Below, piece after piece: positions 27,692 through 37,212 of a stretch of 57,373 nucleotides of DNA. The stretch comes from an uncultured Atribacterota bacterium (GTDB lineage Bacteria; Atribacterota; Phoenicimicrobiia; Phoenicimicrobiales; Stramentimicrobiaceae). The notes below the pieces were generated by a model. The model made no database searches, was not told where the DNA came from, and was given only the letters and a program-made list of their open reading frames with translations. Position 1 is the first letter of the stretch, and the number at the start of each line of letters is the position of its first letter. The stretch lies in contig CAZGKY010000001.1 of the NCBI GenBank assembly GCA_964525625.1, positions 1 to 57,373 on the forward strand. The letters are read 5' to 3'. Both the position numbers and the translations under genes were made by a program.

Positions 27692-29078
27692 TTTTTAGTT
27701 GAAAATATTTGAGTGGCTCTCATCAAACTGCTACCCTATGCCACTAATACGGCAGTCTCTATATTTTCTTCTGCCTCAATATTCTTGAGCACTTCTGGAA
27801 TAAAGGCATATCCTTTAACTCTCCTAAATCTCCTCTCAGCATCTAGGAGAGCAGAGGCCAGCCACCTCTGCATCTTCTTACTTCCTCTATATCTCTTTAC
27901 TCTACTCTCGGTATCTCTCACCATAGAAAACATACTCTCTATAGGATTGGTGGAATGTAAAGTCTTCCTCAGTAGAGCAGGAACTTTCAAGCGAGGTAAG
28001 GTAAGTATCTCTTCTAGAGCCTCTAATAGAGAATCTGCTGCAGATTCATTTATATCTCTTAGCCATTTCTCCATCTCCAGCAACATCTGCCGAGCATCAT
28101 CGTAGCTATTCTGTTCTAAAGCATTCTTAAATCTGAAATGGGCTTCTTTTCTATACTTTTTAGCCAAATGCTGCTGGATGTTTCTATCTTTATGGATAGT
28201 ACAACGTTGATGGATTAGTTTTACCAAATCTATCTTTTAAGGCTTTAATTATTCCTTTGCCTCCATCGGTTACCCAGATGATCTTATTGGAAAGTGGTAA
28301 TCCCCTCCTCTCTAAATCTCCCAATAGTTCCTCAGCTAGCTCCTGGTTCTCAGTGGCTCCTTGCCAAAAACCTAAAGCCATCTTTCTCCCACTTAGGTCT
28401 ATACCTAAAGCAATGATGAATACTTCTCCTCCTCGATGAATGGTATCTAAGAATAGGGCAAAAGGTTTAAAATCTTCTAAGTTTCGTTCTTTGAATTCTT
28501 TTAACTTTCTAGCAGTAACTTCGATGATATGCCGGGATACGGAAAAGGCTGATACTCCGAAAGCTTGAGCAGCATCTATTATTGTCTCTTGATACTTTTG
28601 ACAGGATATACCACTCAGTATTTTGGTTAATAACTCCTCCGAGAACTGTTCTGGTTCTTTTAGTTTCTGGTAACTCTTAAGTGGTATCTCTGCGCTTCTA
28701 CTTCTAATCCGAGGACGATTTACTTTAATCTTCTGGTCTCCTAGATAGACTAAGCCAGTTTGACTTGCCCATTTGTAGATACCTGGATTAGTAGGCTGAT
28801 AGTCAGGACCTGCTATTTCCTCCCTTTCTATATACATAATGGCCTCTACTACCATTCTACCCAATTCCCTCATCAGAGAATCAACTTCTTGCTTAGCAGT
28901 TACCAAGTATCCTATACATCCCCCTCACCATCTCTTCTTTCCCATAAACTTCTTTCATTTTGGCTATTGACTTTTTCCTCTTTTTGGTGTTTCCTTTCTA
29001 TTAAATACTTTTTCTCTATTTACACTACTACGTGGATTATCCCACGGGGAGCCACTCTTTTCAATTTCAACTAAAAAT
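27692..29078 (-). mobile_element. Second IS256-family element with frameshifted transposase (27736-28906)
   Basis: IRs TTTTTAGTTGAAA...GAGTGGCTC at both ends. The transposase is split into two overlapping ORFs (28190-28906 and 27736-28227). The C-terminal part has CTIHKDRN...STNPIESMFSMVR. Confidence 0.75.
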
Positions 29079-29138
29079 AGTATAACCTCAAATATTTCTT
29101 AAAAACTTATAATTATAATATAAGACTATAATTTAAAT

Positions 29139-29855
29139 TTATGGATAAACATTGTGCGAAAATACTTTAAAATCATGTCCTGGTAATATAAAGTCAGCTG
29201 CTTTTTCTAGCTTTGTATAACTTTGATAATACTCTTCAATATTAATATGTAGACCATTGATAAGTCTAGGTTTTGACTCCCAACATTTATAAATAGGAAC
29301 TAAATCTCCTGTTATTGCGTATTTCCCTTCCTTGGTATTTACTAAAACAGTCTGTGATCCGTTTGTATGTCCAGGTGTTAAAATGACAGATAGGCCATCT
29401 ATTATTTCAACATCACCATCAATTATCTCGTATTCTGTCTTAAACAATACTTGTAAATTATAATATTTCTTGTGAATCTCAATAGGAGTAACAGCATATT
29501 GCATTTCCCTTTTTTGGACATAAAATTTATTTGCATTTTTAAATAAATTATTATTCCCAGAATGATCCCAATGCAAATGAGTTAATATAACAATAGTAAT
29601 TTCTTCTGGTCTTATTCCAATATTAAATAATGCTTTATCTAAGAACTGATCTTGAGTTTGACTATAAGGCATGTGTTTTATCCCATCAGCTGGTTCACCT
29701 GCTGTATCTACAATAATTTTTTCCTTTCCGTCTGAAATATACCACGATATCAACGGTTGCCTTAAGGGAATCCCTGGATTATATTGATAAGCGACTCCAG
29801 AGCTATCTCTAACCACTTCACCCACTAAAAGTGGATAAATTGAAAATTTGTTCAT
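29139..29855 (-). CDS. MBL-fold metallo-hydrolase, N-acyl-homoserine-lactonase-like
   Basis: 238 aa with the HLHWDHSG (HxHxDH) motif and a downstream TPGHT. Overall size matches AiiA-type lactonases. Confidence 0.75.
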   Translation of the reverse strand: MNKFSIYPLLVGEVVRDSSGVAYQYNPGIPLRQPLISWYISDGKEKIIVDTAGEPADGIKHMPYSQTQDQFLDKALFNIGIRPEEITIVILTHLHWDHSGNNNLFKNANKFYVQKREMQYAVTPIEIHKKYYNLQVLFKTEYEIIDGDVEIIDGLSVILTPGHTNGSQTVLVNTKEGKYAITGDLVPIYKCWESKPRLINGLHINIEEYYQSYTKLEKAADFILPGHDFKVFSHNVYP

Positions 29856-30028
29856 ATTTTCCTCTCTTTTTATTATTATTCAAAAATCCAAAACATAATG
29901 AATTTATGATTATCATTTTGAATATATTATGTCACCTCTATCTTCTTCAAGCTACTAAATACATTATTATCCTTAAATAAGGTTTATTTTTAAGAACGGC
30001 TAAAAATAATTCGCTTAACAAACAAGCT

Positions 30029-31300
30029 CTATAAGTGTTTATTTTTGACCACCCCAATGATACCTTCATTGATTAGTTTATTTATCTTCTCATCTGAGTA
30101 ATCAAGCTGTTTTAAAATTTCTACAGTATGTTCACCAAGTAATGGCGCTCTATTATAAACTTTAGGCTTTGTTTTAGAAAACTTATAAGGTGTTCCTGCA
30201 ATTTTAACTTTCTTCTTGGTAGTAGGATCAGCTTCAACTTCTACTAACATTTCTCTGTCTAAAACATGATCTGAATGAAATAAATCTTCTGCAGTATTAA
30301 CTTGGGCTACAAGACATCCATTTTTTTTAAGTCTTTCTACAACTTCTTGTTTTGTATATTTTGTGGTCCAGTTTTCAATAATCTTATCCAATTCTTCTCT
30401 GTGAGCAACTCTCTTGTCTTTATCTGTAAACCGACTATCTTCTTTTAGTCCTGGAATATTTGCTGCCTCTACAAATCTTTCCCAATATCTTTCAGGAAAA
30501 CTTGCGAGTACAATTGCACCATCACTCGTGTGATAAAGGCTATAAGGATGATATAAAGGATGATTATTTCCAATGGGTTTTGGTGAAACTCCAGTATATG
30601 AATATTGGAATAGAATACGTTCACAAAGTAACATTGTTGAATCAAGCATTGCAATATCAATGAATTGGCCTTCACCAGTATTTTTTGCATTTATTAAACC
30701 TGCCAACAAAGCTGTAATCGCTAATGTCCCTGGAAATATATCTCCAACACCTACACCAACTTTATATATATCTCCTTTTGGAGAACCTGTTACACTCATT
30801 AAACCACTCTCAGCTTGTATCATCATGTCCACTGTAGGTCTACCTTCAAATCTAGAAGGTACAACTCTATTAGTGCCATAACCACTTATTGAGACATATA
30901 CAAGCTTTGGATTGATCTTCCTAATGGTATCATAGTCTAATTTAAACTTTATCATAATTTCTGGAGTCGCAAAATTTAATATTATAGCATCAGATTCCTT
31001 TGCTAGTTCCTGAGCTATTTTTTGTGCTTCAGGCATCTTTAAGTTCAGTACAATACTTTTTTTATTTCTATTAATACTACTAAAAAAACCACCTAAATTA
31101 CTATCCTTATTAGTATTATCTAAGTATGGACCTAGTAGTCTACTTGTATCACCATCAGGGGCTTCCACTTTTATAACTGTCGCACCTAGATCTGCTAAAA
31201 GCATTGATGCAAAAGGACCAGCTAAAGCCCTAGTGAAATCTAAAATCTTTACTCCGTTTAATGGTCCAGATCTTTCATCGGTTTTTATTTTTGAAGTCAT
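30029..31300 (-). CDS. Family III (CaiB/BaiF) CoA-transferase
   Basis: 423 aa. GPLNGVKILDFTRALAGPFASMLLADLGATVIKVE is a hallmark N-terminus for this family. Confidence 0.88.
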   Translation of the reverse strand: MTSKIKTDERSGPLNGVKILDFTRALAGPFASMLLADLGATVIKVEAPDGDTSRLLGPYLDNTNKDSNLGGFFSSINRNKKSIVLNLKMPEAQKIAQELAKESDAIILNFATPEIMIKFKLDYDTIRKINPKLVYVSISGYGTNRVVPSRFEGRPTVDMMIQAESGLMSVTGSPKGDIYKVGVGVGDIFPGTLAITALLAGLINAKNTGEGQFIDIAMLDSTMLLCERILFQYSYTGVSPKPIGNNHPLYHPYSLYHTSDGAIVLASFPERYWERFVEAANIPGLKEDSRFTDKDKRVAHREELDKIIENWTTKYTKQEVVERLKKNGCLVAQVNTAEDLFHSDHVLDREMLVEVEADPTTKKKVKIAGTPYKFSKTKPKVYNRAPLLGEHTVEILKQLDYSDEKINKLINEGIIGVVKNKHL

Positions 31301-31490
31301 GGCTCTTACTTTTAAGTATAAACATAAAGAATAAATACTATATAAATTTAACTTATTTAAAGTAAATTAACCAAACATGCATGATTATAATTAATCATAA
31401 TTTACTTTATTTACTCCTTATATATTATACTTTAACTACCTCCTTTATATATTCTATTTATTATTCTTGACTGAATTTCAATACTTATTT

Positions 31491-31916
31491 TTAGCAATTA
31501 TCTAATTCAAATTCTATCAAAACTGTTCCATCTAGAGTTTCACAAAAACCAATTAACAATGGAGAATCGAAATGCGCTTTAGAAACATCTTCCTCAGACA
31601 TTCTACCAGTTATAATATGACCTTCTGCCAATTTTGCTATAATTACAGTATAAGGAACATCAGGATAAGGCTTTAAATACACCTTATGGAAGGTTACCTT
31701 AGACCATAAAGTTGCTTTACCAGAACATTCGATCCACTTAACATTATTAGAAAGGCATTCGATGCAAACTGGAGATGGTGGAAATTGAGTATGTCCACAA
31801 TCGTTACACTTCTGAATCATTAACTTCTTATTTTGCAAACTTTCCCAAAATACTTTCTCAAAATCTGTAATTATTGGCAATAAAGAGCTTATATTTTCAC
31901 GTAGTGAATCTTTCAT
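31491..31916 (-). CDS. DUF35 (Zn-ribbon + OB-fold, acyl-CoA-associated) protein
   Basis: 141 aa with the rubredoxin-like CNDCGH...PSPVCIEC followed by an OB-fold-like segment. It lies 11 nt downstream of the thiolase-like gene. Confidence 0.8.
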   Translation of the reverse strand: MKDSLRENISSLLPIITDFEKVFWESLQNKKLMIQKCNDCGHTQFPPSPVCIECLSNNVKWIECSGKATLWSKVTFHKVYLKPYPDVPYTVIIAKLAEGHIITGRMSEEDVSKAHFDSPLLIGFCETLDGTVLIEFELDNC

Positions 31917-31927
31917 ATTTTCTCCTC

Positions 31928-33088
31928 CTATATTCTAGTAAAAATATGGCCCGAAACAATAGGGGCAGCACATATATAGAGAGATAATTTTGCATTAGCA
32001 ACTTGTCGGTTACCACATTCATGTCTCAATTGTCTAATGCACTCTACTTGATGATTAAAGCCTTGCATATATGATTCTGAGGTATGTCCACCACTAGTAT
32101 TAACTGGCCTTGGGCTTTTACCCAATGTAATTCCAACATTATCTATATATTCTCTAGCACCACCACGCTCACATAAACCAATTCCTTCCAAAGAAAACAT
32201 AACTGTTGCTGTAAAATTGTCATAAATCTGTAGATTATCTAAATCTGTAGGTTTTATACCGGCAACAGTATAAAGATCTTTTGCCACTTTACATAGAGAA
32301 TTATAAAAGAAATCTTCCTTCAGATAAGTAGAACTCATATCTCCACAACTACTTGTGGCAATCATTGCAACTACCGGTTTTTTAAGATCTTTTGCACGTT
32401 CTATTGACGTTAAAATTAGAGCAACTGCACCATCATTAATTAAACAATAGTCATATAATCGCAAAGGCTCAGTAATATAACGAGCACTTATATATTCATC
32501 CATAGTAATCGGCTCTTTAAAACAACTTTTTGGGTTTAAAGAAGCATGATATCTATTTGAAATCGCTATCTCTGCAAGGTATTTTTCAGAAACATTAAAT
32601 TCATACTGATAACGAGCAAACATGGCTGCAACTTGTGCACCAGGAGAAGTCATGCCATGAATAATTCCATAAGGATCTGCACTATCTCCTGTACTTCCAT
32701 AATTATATTTCCCAGTACGACTATTATTAGCATAAATAACTAAAACATTTTTTACTATACCAGCATTTATTGCCATAGCAGCATACTGTAACGCTAACCC
32801 ACTCATCCGTCCTGAAGATTCCAATCCATTTACTAATCTGGGTTGCTTTATCCCAACCTTGTAGCAAAAATACTCATATTGCCTAACATCCCTGACACAA
32901 ATAACCCCATCAATATCATCTCTTTCAAGTCCACAGTCATCTAATGCGTTCTTAAAAGCCTCGGATGCCATTGCATAAGGATCTCTAGGATAATGGAGAT
33001 TACGTTCCTGATATAGTTTTCCATAATCAACATCTCCTACTCCAGCTATAGCTACTCCTTTTGGAAATATTCTACTCATTTGTGACAC
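31928..33088 (-). CDS. SCP-x/Ltp2-like thiolase-fold protein lacking the nucleophilic cysteine
   Basis: 386 aa with EPLRLYDYC, IYDNFTAT and NTSGGHTSESYMQGFNHQVECIRQLR. The position of the thiolase Cys reads GLESSGRMSGLAL, with Gly or Ser in its place. Confidence 0.7.
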   Translation of the reverse strand: MSQMSRIFPKGVAIAGVGDVDYGKLYQERNLHYPRDPYAMASEAFKNALDDCGLERDDIDGVICVRDVRQYEYFCYKVGIKQPRLVNGLESSGRMSGLALQYAAMAINAGIVKNVLVIYANNSRTGKYNYGSTGDSADPYGIIHGMTSPGAQVAAMFARYQYEFNVSEKYLAEIAISNRYHASLNPKSCFKEPITMDEYISARYITEPLRLYDYCLINDGAVALILTSIERAKDLKKPVVAMIATSSCGDMSSTYLKEDFFYNSLCKVAKDLYTVAGIKPTDLDNLQIYDNFTATVMFSLEGIGLCERGGAREYIDNVGITLGKSPRPVNTSGGHTSESYMQGFNHQVECIRQLRHECGNRQVANAKLSLYICAAPIVSGHIFTRI

Positions 33089-33216
33089 CTCCTCTTATAT
33101 TATTTTCAATTAACTCTTTTCGTAGCGGTCATATTTATAAATAATTGATCATACTTAAAATTTATTTTATTTTTTCAATTTATTTTTCAATTCTTTTTCT
33201 ATACGGATAAATCGAA

Positions 33217-33321
33217 TCAAGATCCCTTGGCAATCTCCACAAGATAGAGAGGATCAGGGGATGACAAATAAAGACCTAAAATTGGGCCTTCTTGATCAAA
33301 TAACTCATTAAAACTTTTCAT
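33217..33321 (-). pseudogene. Relic of an HpcH/HpaI-family aldolase (N-terminal 34 codons only)
   Basis: MKSFNELFDQEGPILGLYLSSPDPLYLVEIAKGS* fits the family N-terminus (F..L....p.iG.w....p...E.la.aGfD). The next residues, FD.., are out of frame. Confidence 0.35.
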
Positions 33322-33323
33322 AT

Positions 33324-33965
33324 TTACCTTCCTTTAAAATAATCATAAAATGCTTTAACAAATAACATTCCTGCAGCGGCTCCTGGATCTTCTATTCCTT
33401 TGGATTTTTCTCCATACCATTTTGCTCTGCCATATTTTGAAACTAAATCTTTCGTGGCTTCAAAACCACTCTTTGCTTTTTCGTAAGCTTCTTTAAAACT
33501 ATCTTTTAAATTTCTATTTTTAAGAGCAGACTCTTTCAAAGATTCTGCTGCAGGATATAAAGAATCAACCAATGTTTTTTCACCAAATTTAGCTATTCCC
33601 GTCTCGATGATTCTGTTAACAAACTCCGTGAAAAATAATGATAAATCTGAAAGGCTAACTTCTGTTTTATCATTTAAAACCATTCCAGCTTTTATCAGTC
33701 CATCAGCAATAAGGGTACCCACTGTTGAAGGGGAAGCTTCAGCCAAAGCCATACCAGCTTTAACGATAACCTTTCCAATTTTATCTTCAGTATAGTTATG
33801 CAAAGCGTCCTCAACCTTGGTAAAGCCGTTTACCATAGTTAATCCGAGATCACCATCACCAATTACTGAATCTAAATTAAATAAAAAGTCCTTATTTTCA
33901 ATCATTACATCCTTAATTTTTGAAAATATCTCCCTTATTTCTTTACTATTTATATATTCCTTCAT
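33324..33965 (-). CDS. dhaL: Dihydroxyacetone kinase subunit L (ADP-binding)
   Basis: 213 aa with GDGDLG and DPGAAA motifs. Confidence 0.88.
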   Translation of the reverse strand: MKEYINSKEIREIFSKIKDVMIENKDFLFNLDSVIGDGDLGLTMVNGFTKVEDALHNYTEDKIGKVIVKAGMALAEASPSTVGTLIADGLIKAGMVLNDKTEVSLSDLSLFFTEFVNRIIETGIAKFGEKTLVDSLYPAAESLKESALKNRNLKDSFKEAYEKAKSGFEATKDLVSKYGRAKWYGEKSKGIEDPGAAAGMLFVKAFYDYFKGR

Positions 33966-33978
33966 GTTATCCCCTTTT

Positions 33979-34986
33979 CTAAAGTTGTGCTTGTTGGAAA
34001 AAAGGTGTCTGAGCAGGCTTCTTTAACAAATTTTTTAACTCATTATCAAGTTTAAATAGCGATATAGACATTCCAGCCATTTCCATAGAGGTGGCAAATT
34101 CACCAATATAAGGATGGTATATTTTTATTCCCTTTTCCTTTAATATAGAAGCAACTTTTCTAAACACGATATATAGTTCTTCTAAAGGAGTCGCACCTAA
34201 TCCATTAATAAGAACAGATACTTCATCATCTGCTTCAAATGGTAAATCTGTTAATATTGAATTCATCATCTTTTCCACTATCTCGTTAGAAGGCATAAGT
34301 GTACTTCTGCCCATACCAGGCTCACCATGTATTCCAATACCTATTTCCATTTCATCTTCGCCAACTTCAAATGTAGGCCTACCCATTTCAGGGATGATAC
34401 AGGGAGATAGACCTACTCCCATTGTTCGTACGTTATTATTGGCTTTTTTAGCAACTCTTTTTACTTCCTCAAATGACTCCCCTTCTTCAGCATAAGCACC
34501 TGCTATTTTATATACATAAAAAATCCCGGCAATACCTCTTCTATTTTTTTCTTTTCCTTTAGGTGAAGAAGCTATATCATCAGTTACTATAATCTGATCA
34601 ACTTTTATATTTTCCATACTAGCTAGTTCAGAAGCCATTCTTGAATTCATTATATCACCACTATAGTTTCCAAAGATATGCAGAACCCCATTACCATTAT
34701 TAATTGCTTTTGTAGTTGTAAACATTTTATTAGCGCTAGGAGAGGCAAAAACATTTCCTACAGCACAGCCATCCATCATTCCTTTACCCACATACCCTAA
34801 AAATAAGGGTAGATGTCCAGAACCTCCACCGGTTAAAAGTCCTACTTTACCAGGTCTAATATTATCTGAACGGATTATACATCTTAAATCATCATCTATA
34901 CTTTTTAGCTGATCAGGATGTGCCGCTAAAATTCCTTGTAGCATTTCATCAACAAAATTTTTGGGGTCATTTATTAGTTTTTTCAT
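33979..34986 (-). CDS. dhaK: Dihydroxyacetone kinase subunit K (substrate-binding)
   Basis: 335 aa with KKLINDP, GGGSGHLP and GNVFASPS. Confidence 0.9.
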   Translation of the reverse strand: MKKLINDPKNFVDEMLQGILAAHPDQLKSIDDDLRCIIRSDNIRPGKVGLLTGGGSGHLPLFLGYVGKGMMDGCAVGNVFASPSANKMFTTTKAINNGNGVLHIFGNYSGDIMNSRMASELASMENIKVDQIIVTDDIASSPKGKEKNRRGIAGIFYVYKIAGAYAEEGESFEEVKRVAKKANNNVRTMGVGLSPCIIPEMGRPTFEVGEDEMEIGIGIHGEPGMGRSTLMPSNEIVEKMMNSILTDLPFEADDEVSVLINGLGATPLEELYIVFRKVASILKEKGIKIYHPYIGEFATSMEMAGMSISLFKLDNELKNLLKKPAQTPFFQQAQL

Positions 34987-35243
34987 TTAAAAATTTTTCC
35001 TTTCCAACTAAATATTGCTATGAATATAAGAAAATAAAGATAAACCATTTTATTTATTCAAAAATTTACTTAATTATTTTTTATAGAAAACCAACCTTAC
35101 TAAAAATTATTAAATTCCAATATAGACAGCAAATATTTAATTTAAAATAAATATATACTTGAGTAAATTTAAACAAAGGTCAAACATAAGAAACAGAAAA
35201 AAAATTATTTTCACATCCTTTGTTTACTCTTTATTAGGTTTAA

Positions 35244-35723
35244 TTAAACATATTTATTTTCTTTAAGAGCATATTCTTCTCTAAATTCGATAACAATACC
35301 CCCAGGAGTAGTATCAAAATAACACCAACGTTCACCCTGATAGACTGCAGCTACAAGTAGATTATGACCCTGAGCTTTGAATATATCTACCATTTCATCA
35401 TAATTTGATACACCGAATGCAAAATGATGTATGCCTTCGCCTTTTTCTTTAATAAATTTAGCCCAAATTGATTTATCATCCATAGGCTGTAAAAGTTCAA
35501 TAAAAGTAGGGCCAAATTTTATTAATACTATTCTTACTCTGAATTGTTCACCTGCCATAAGATCTTTTGTTTCTGGTTTATAATCATTAATAATTTGGCC
35601 ACCAATATGCCATACTGAAGATAAAAAATTTACTGTATTTTCAATGTCTTTTACAGCAACGCCAATATGACTTAAATTTGTAAGCGGAATCTTATTTAAT
35701 TTTAAATCTTTATTATCTATCAT
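35244..35723 (-). CDS. VOC (glyoxalase/epimerase-fold) family protein
   Basis: 159 aa. LSHIGVAVKDIE...GEGIHHFAF, a paired beta-alpha-beta-beta-beta metal-ligand pattern like methylmalonyl-CoA epimerase. Confidence 0.7.
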   Translation of the reverse strand: MIDNKDLKLNKIPLTNLSHIGVAVKDIENTVNFLSSVWHIGGQIINDYKPETKDLMAGEQFRVRIVLIKFGPTFIELLQPMDDKSIWAKFIKEKGEGIHHFAFGVSNYDEMVDIFKAQGHNLLVAAVYQGERWCYFDTTPGGIVIEFREEYALKENKYV

Positions 35724-36114
35724 TTATATATTCCCCCATTTTTGGTGTTTAAAAATTTTTAATTAAAATATAGACCATTTTCTATTTGTCTTTATTAACT
35801 ATAATGCTTCGTTGAAAATATTTTAGTAATCTTCAAATTTTAACTCAATTGTTTTTTGATTTTAATAAAGCTTTAATAGCAAGCTAAAATTGCGTGCTAC
35901 CGTAATAATATTATTCAATATTTATTCAATTATATAAAAATATGACTAACGAAATTCGCTTTTCATTATATGAATTATTTATACTACTAATATAGTTAGA
36001 TGTCAATATGCTGACCGAGAATTTTTATCAATAATTCTATATATGGATGAACATTTGGAAAATAAAATGGACAATTTACCTTAATAGATATATTTTTTCC
36101 TTTAGTATTAGCTT

Positions 36115-36320
36115 TAATCATAAACCATCATTTTACACATCTTCTTGAGATTCTATGCAATACACATCAGTCTAAATTCATCCTTTACTTTCTCCTGTAA
36201 CCTTAAGAAGAAATGACGATATCCCAGATTGTATTTAAGTTGCCCAAAGAAGGGTTCGATAGTTCAAAGATGTTGCAGATATTTTTTATGTCCAATTTCA
36301 GTCTTCAAAGTGTATTGCAC
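36115..36320 (-). pseudogene. IS1182/IS5-type transposase C-terminal relic
   Basis: The minus frame reads IEPFFGQLKYNLGYRHFFLRLQEKVKDEFRLMCIA*NLKKM, which is the conserved C-terminal block of this family. Confidence 0.55.
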
Positions 36321-36399
36321 CCTACTCATTGGACATCTTTTAAAAAATAAAACTTCCGGTATAATGAAATAACCAAGAAAGATGAGAAATAACTTAAGT

Positions 36400-37130
36400 G
36401 GCAATGGGGCTTCAAAAATAATATACCAAAGAACAAAAATAAGAGCTAGTCCAAGCCTTGCTAAACGGTAAACTAATCTCAGGCTTAGGAGGCATTATCT
36501 AAAGATATATCTAAATGGTAATAATGATAACCATGAAATAAAACGGTTACGGATACAGATTGCCAAGATAGAACAGATGGCCGAGAAATTAACCATTGAG
36601 AACTATATATTTTAAAAAAAGAAAGTTCATTCATCATCACCGGTCCTTATTTCGCGCCATCTAAAAAGAATGCAAATAAATTGATATTAAAAAATCAACA
36701 TTCTATTATCAACTCAAAGACAATTAGGGAAAAAGCAACACGCGGCTTCCCTCAAAGAGAAGATCAAGAGATCAAGCAGATTGCCTATCGCTATCCCTAT
36801 TTACGGTTACCGGAGAATCACTGCACAGTTACCAGGGAAAAGATCAAAGTAAATCATAAACAAACAGGTACTTAAAATGATGCGCCACTGGGGATTTAGG
36901 CAAGCATCAACCAGGTCTGGTGTAGTGATATTACCTATATCAACATTCTTTCCAGCTTTGTCTACCTGGTTGTCATTATAGGCATTTATTCTTGCAAGAT
37001 AGTAGGCTATGCTAACTGCCGTATATTCCAGATAACTGGTAACAGCTACCGGATTAAAAATAAATAAAGGATAAAAATTCTTGATTGGAGGTAAAATTAT
37101 GTATAATGTACTTAGTAGAGTCAAATAAAA
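36400..37130 (+). pseudogene. IS3-family transposase relic (orfA tail plus orfB head, frameshifted)
   Basis: Frames give ...RLRIQIAKIEQMAEKLTIEN... (leucine zipper) and ...YGYRRITAQL...VNHKQ..LKMMRHWG.., interrupted by stops. Confidence 0.5.
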
Positions 37131-37212
37131 ACTGAAATCAATAGCCAGGATGATAATGCTTTAAAATTATTTTTTAATTCAGTAAATAAAATAAATTTTT
37201 TTCTATTAATTC

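Noticed and set aside
36807-37124. 105-aa ORF on the minus strand, and 36681-36875 on the plus strand.
   Set aside because: Both overlap the IS3 relic. The plus ORF is one frame of the frameshifted transposase and the minus ORF is its antisense shadow.
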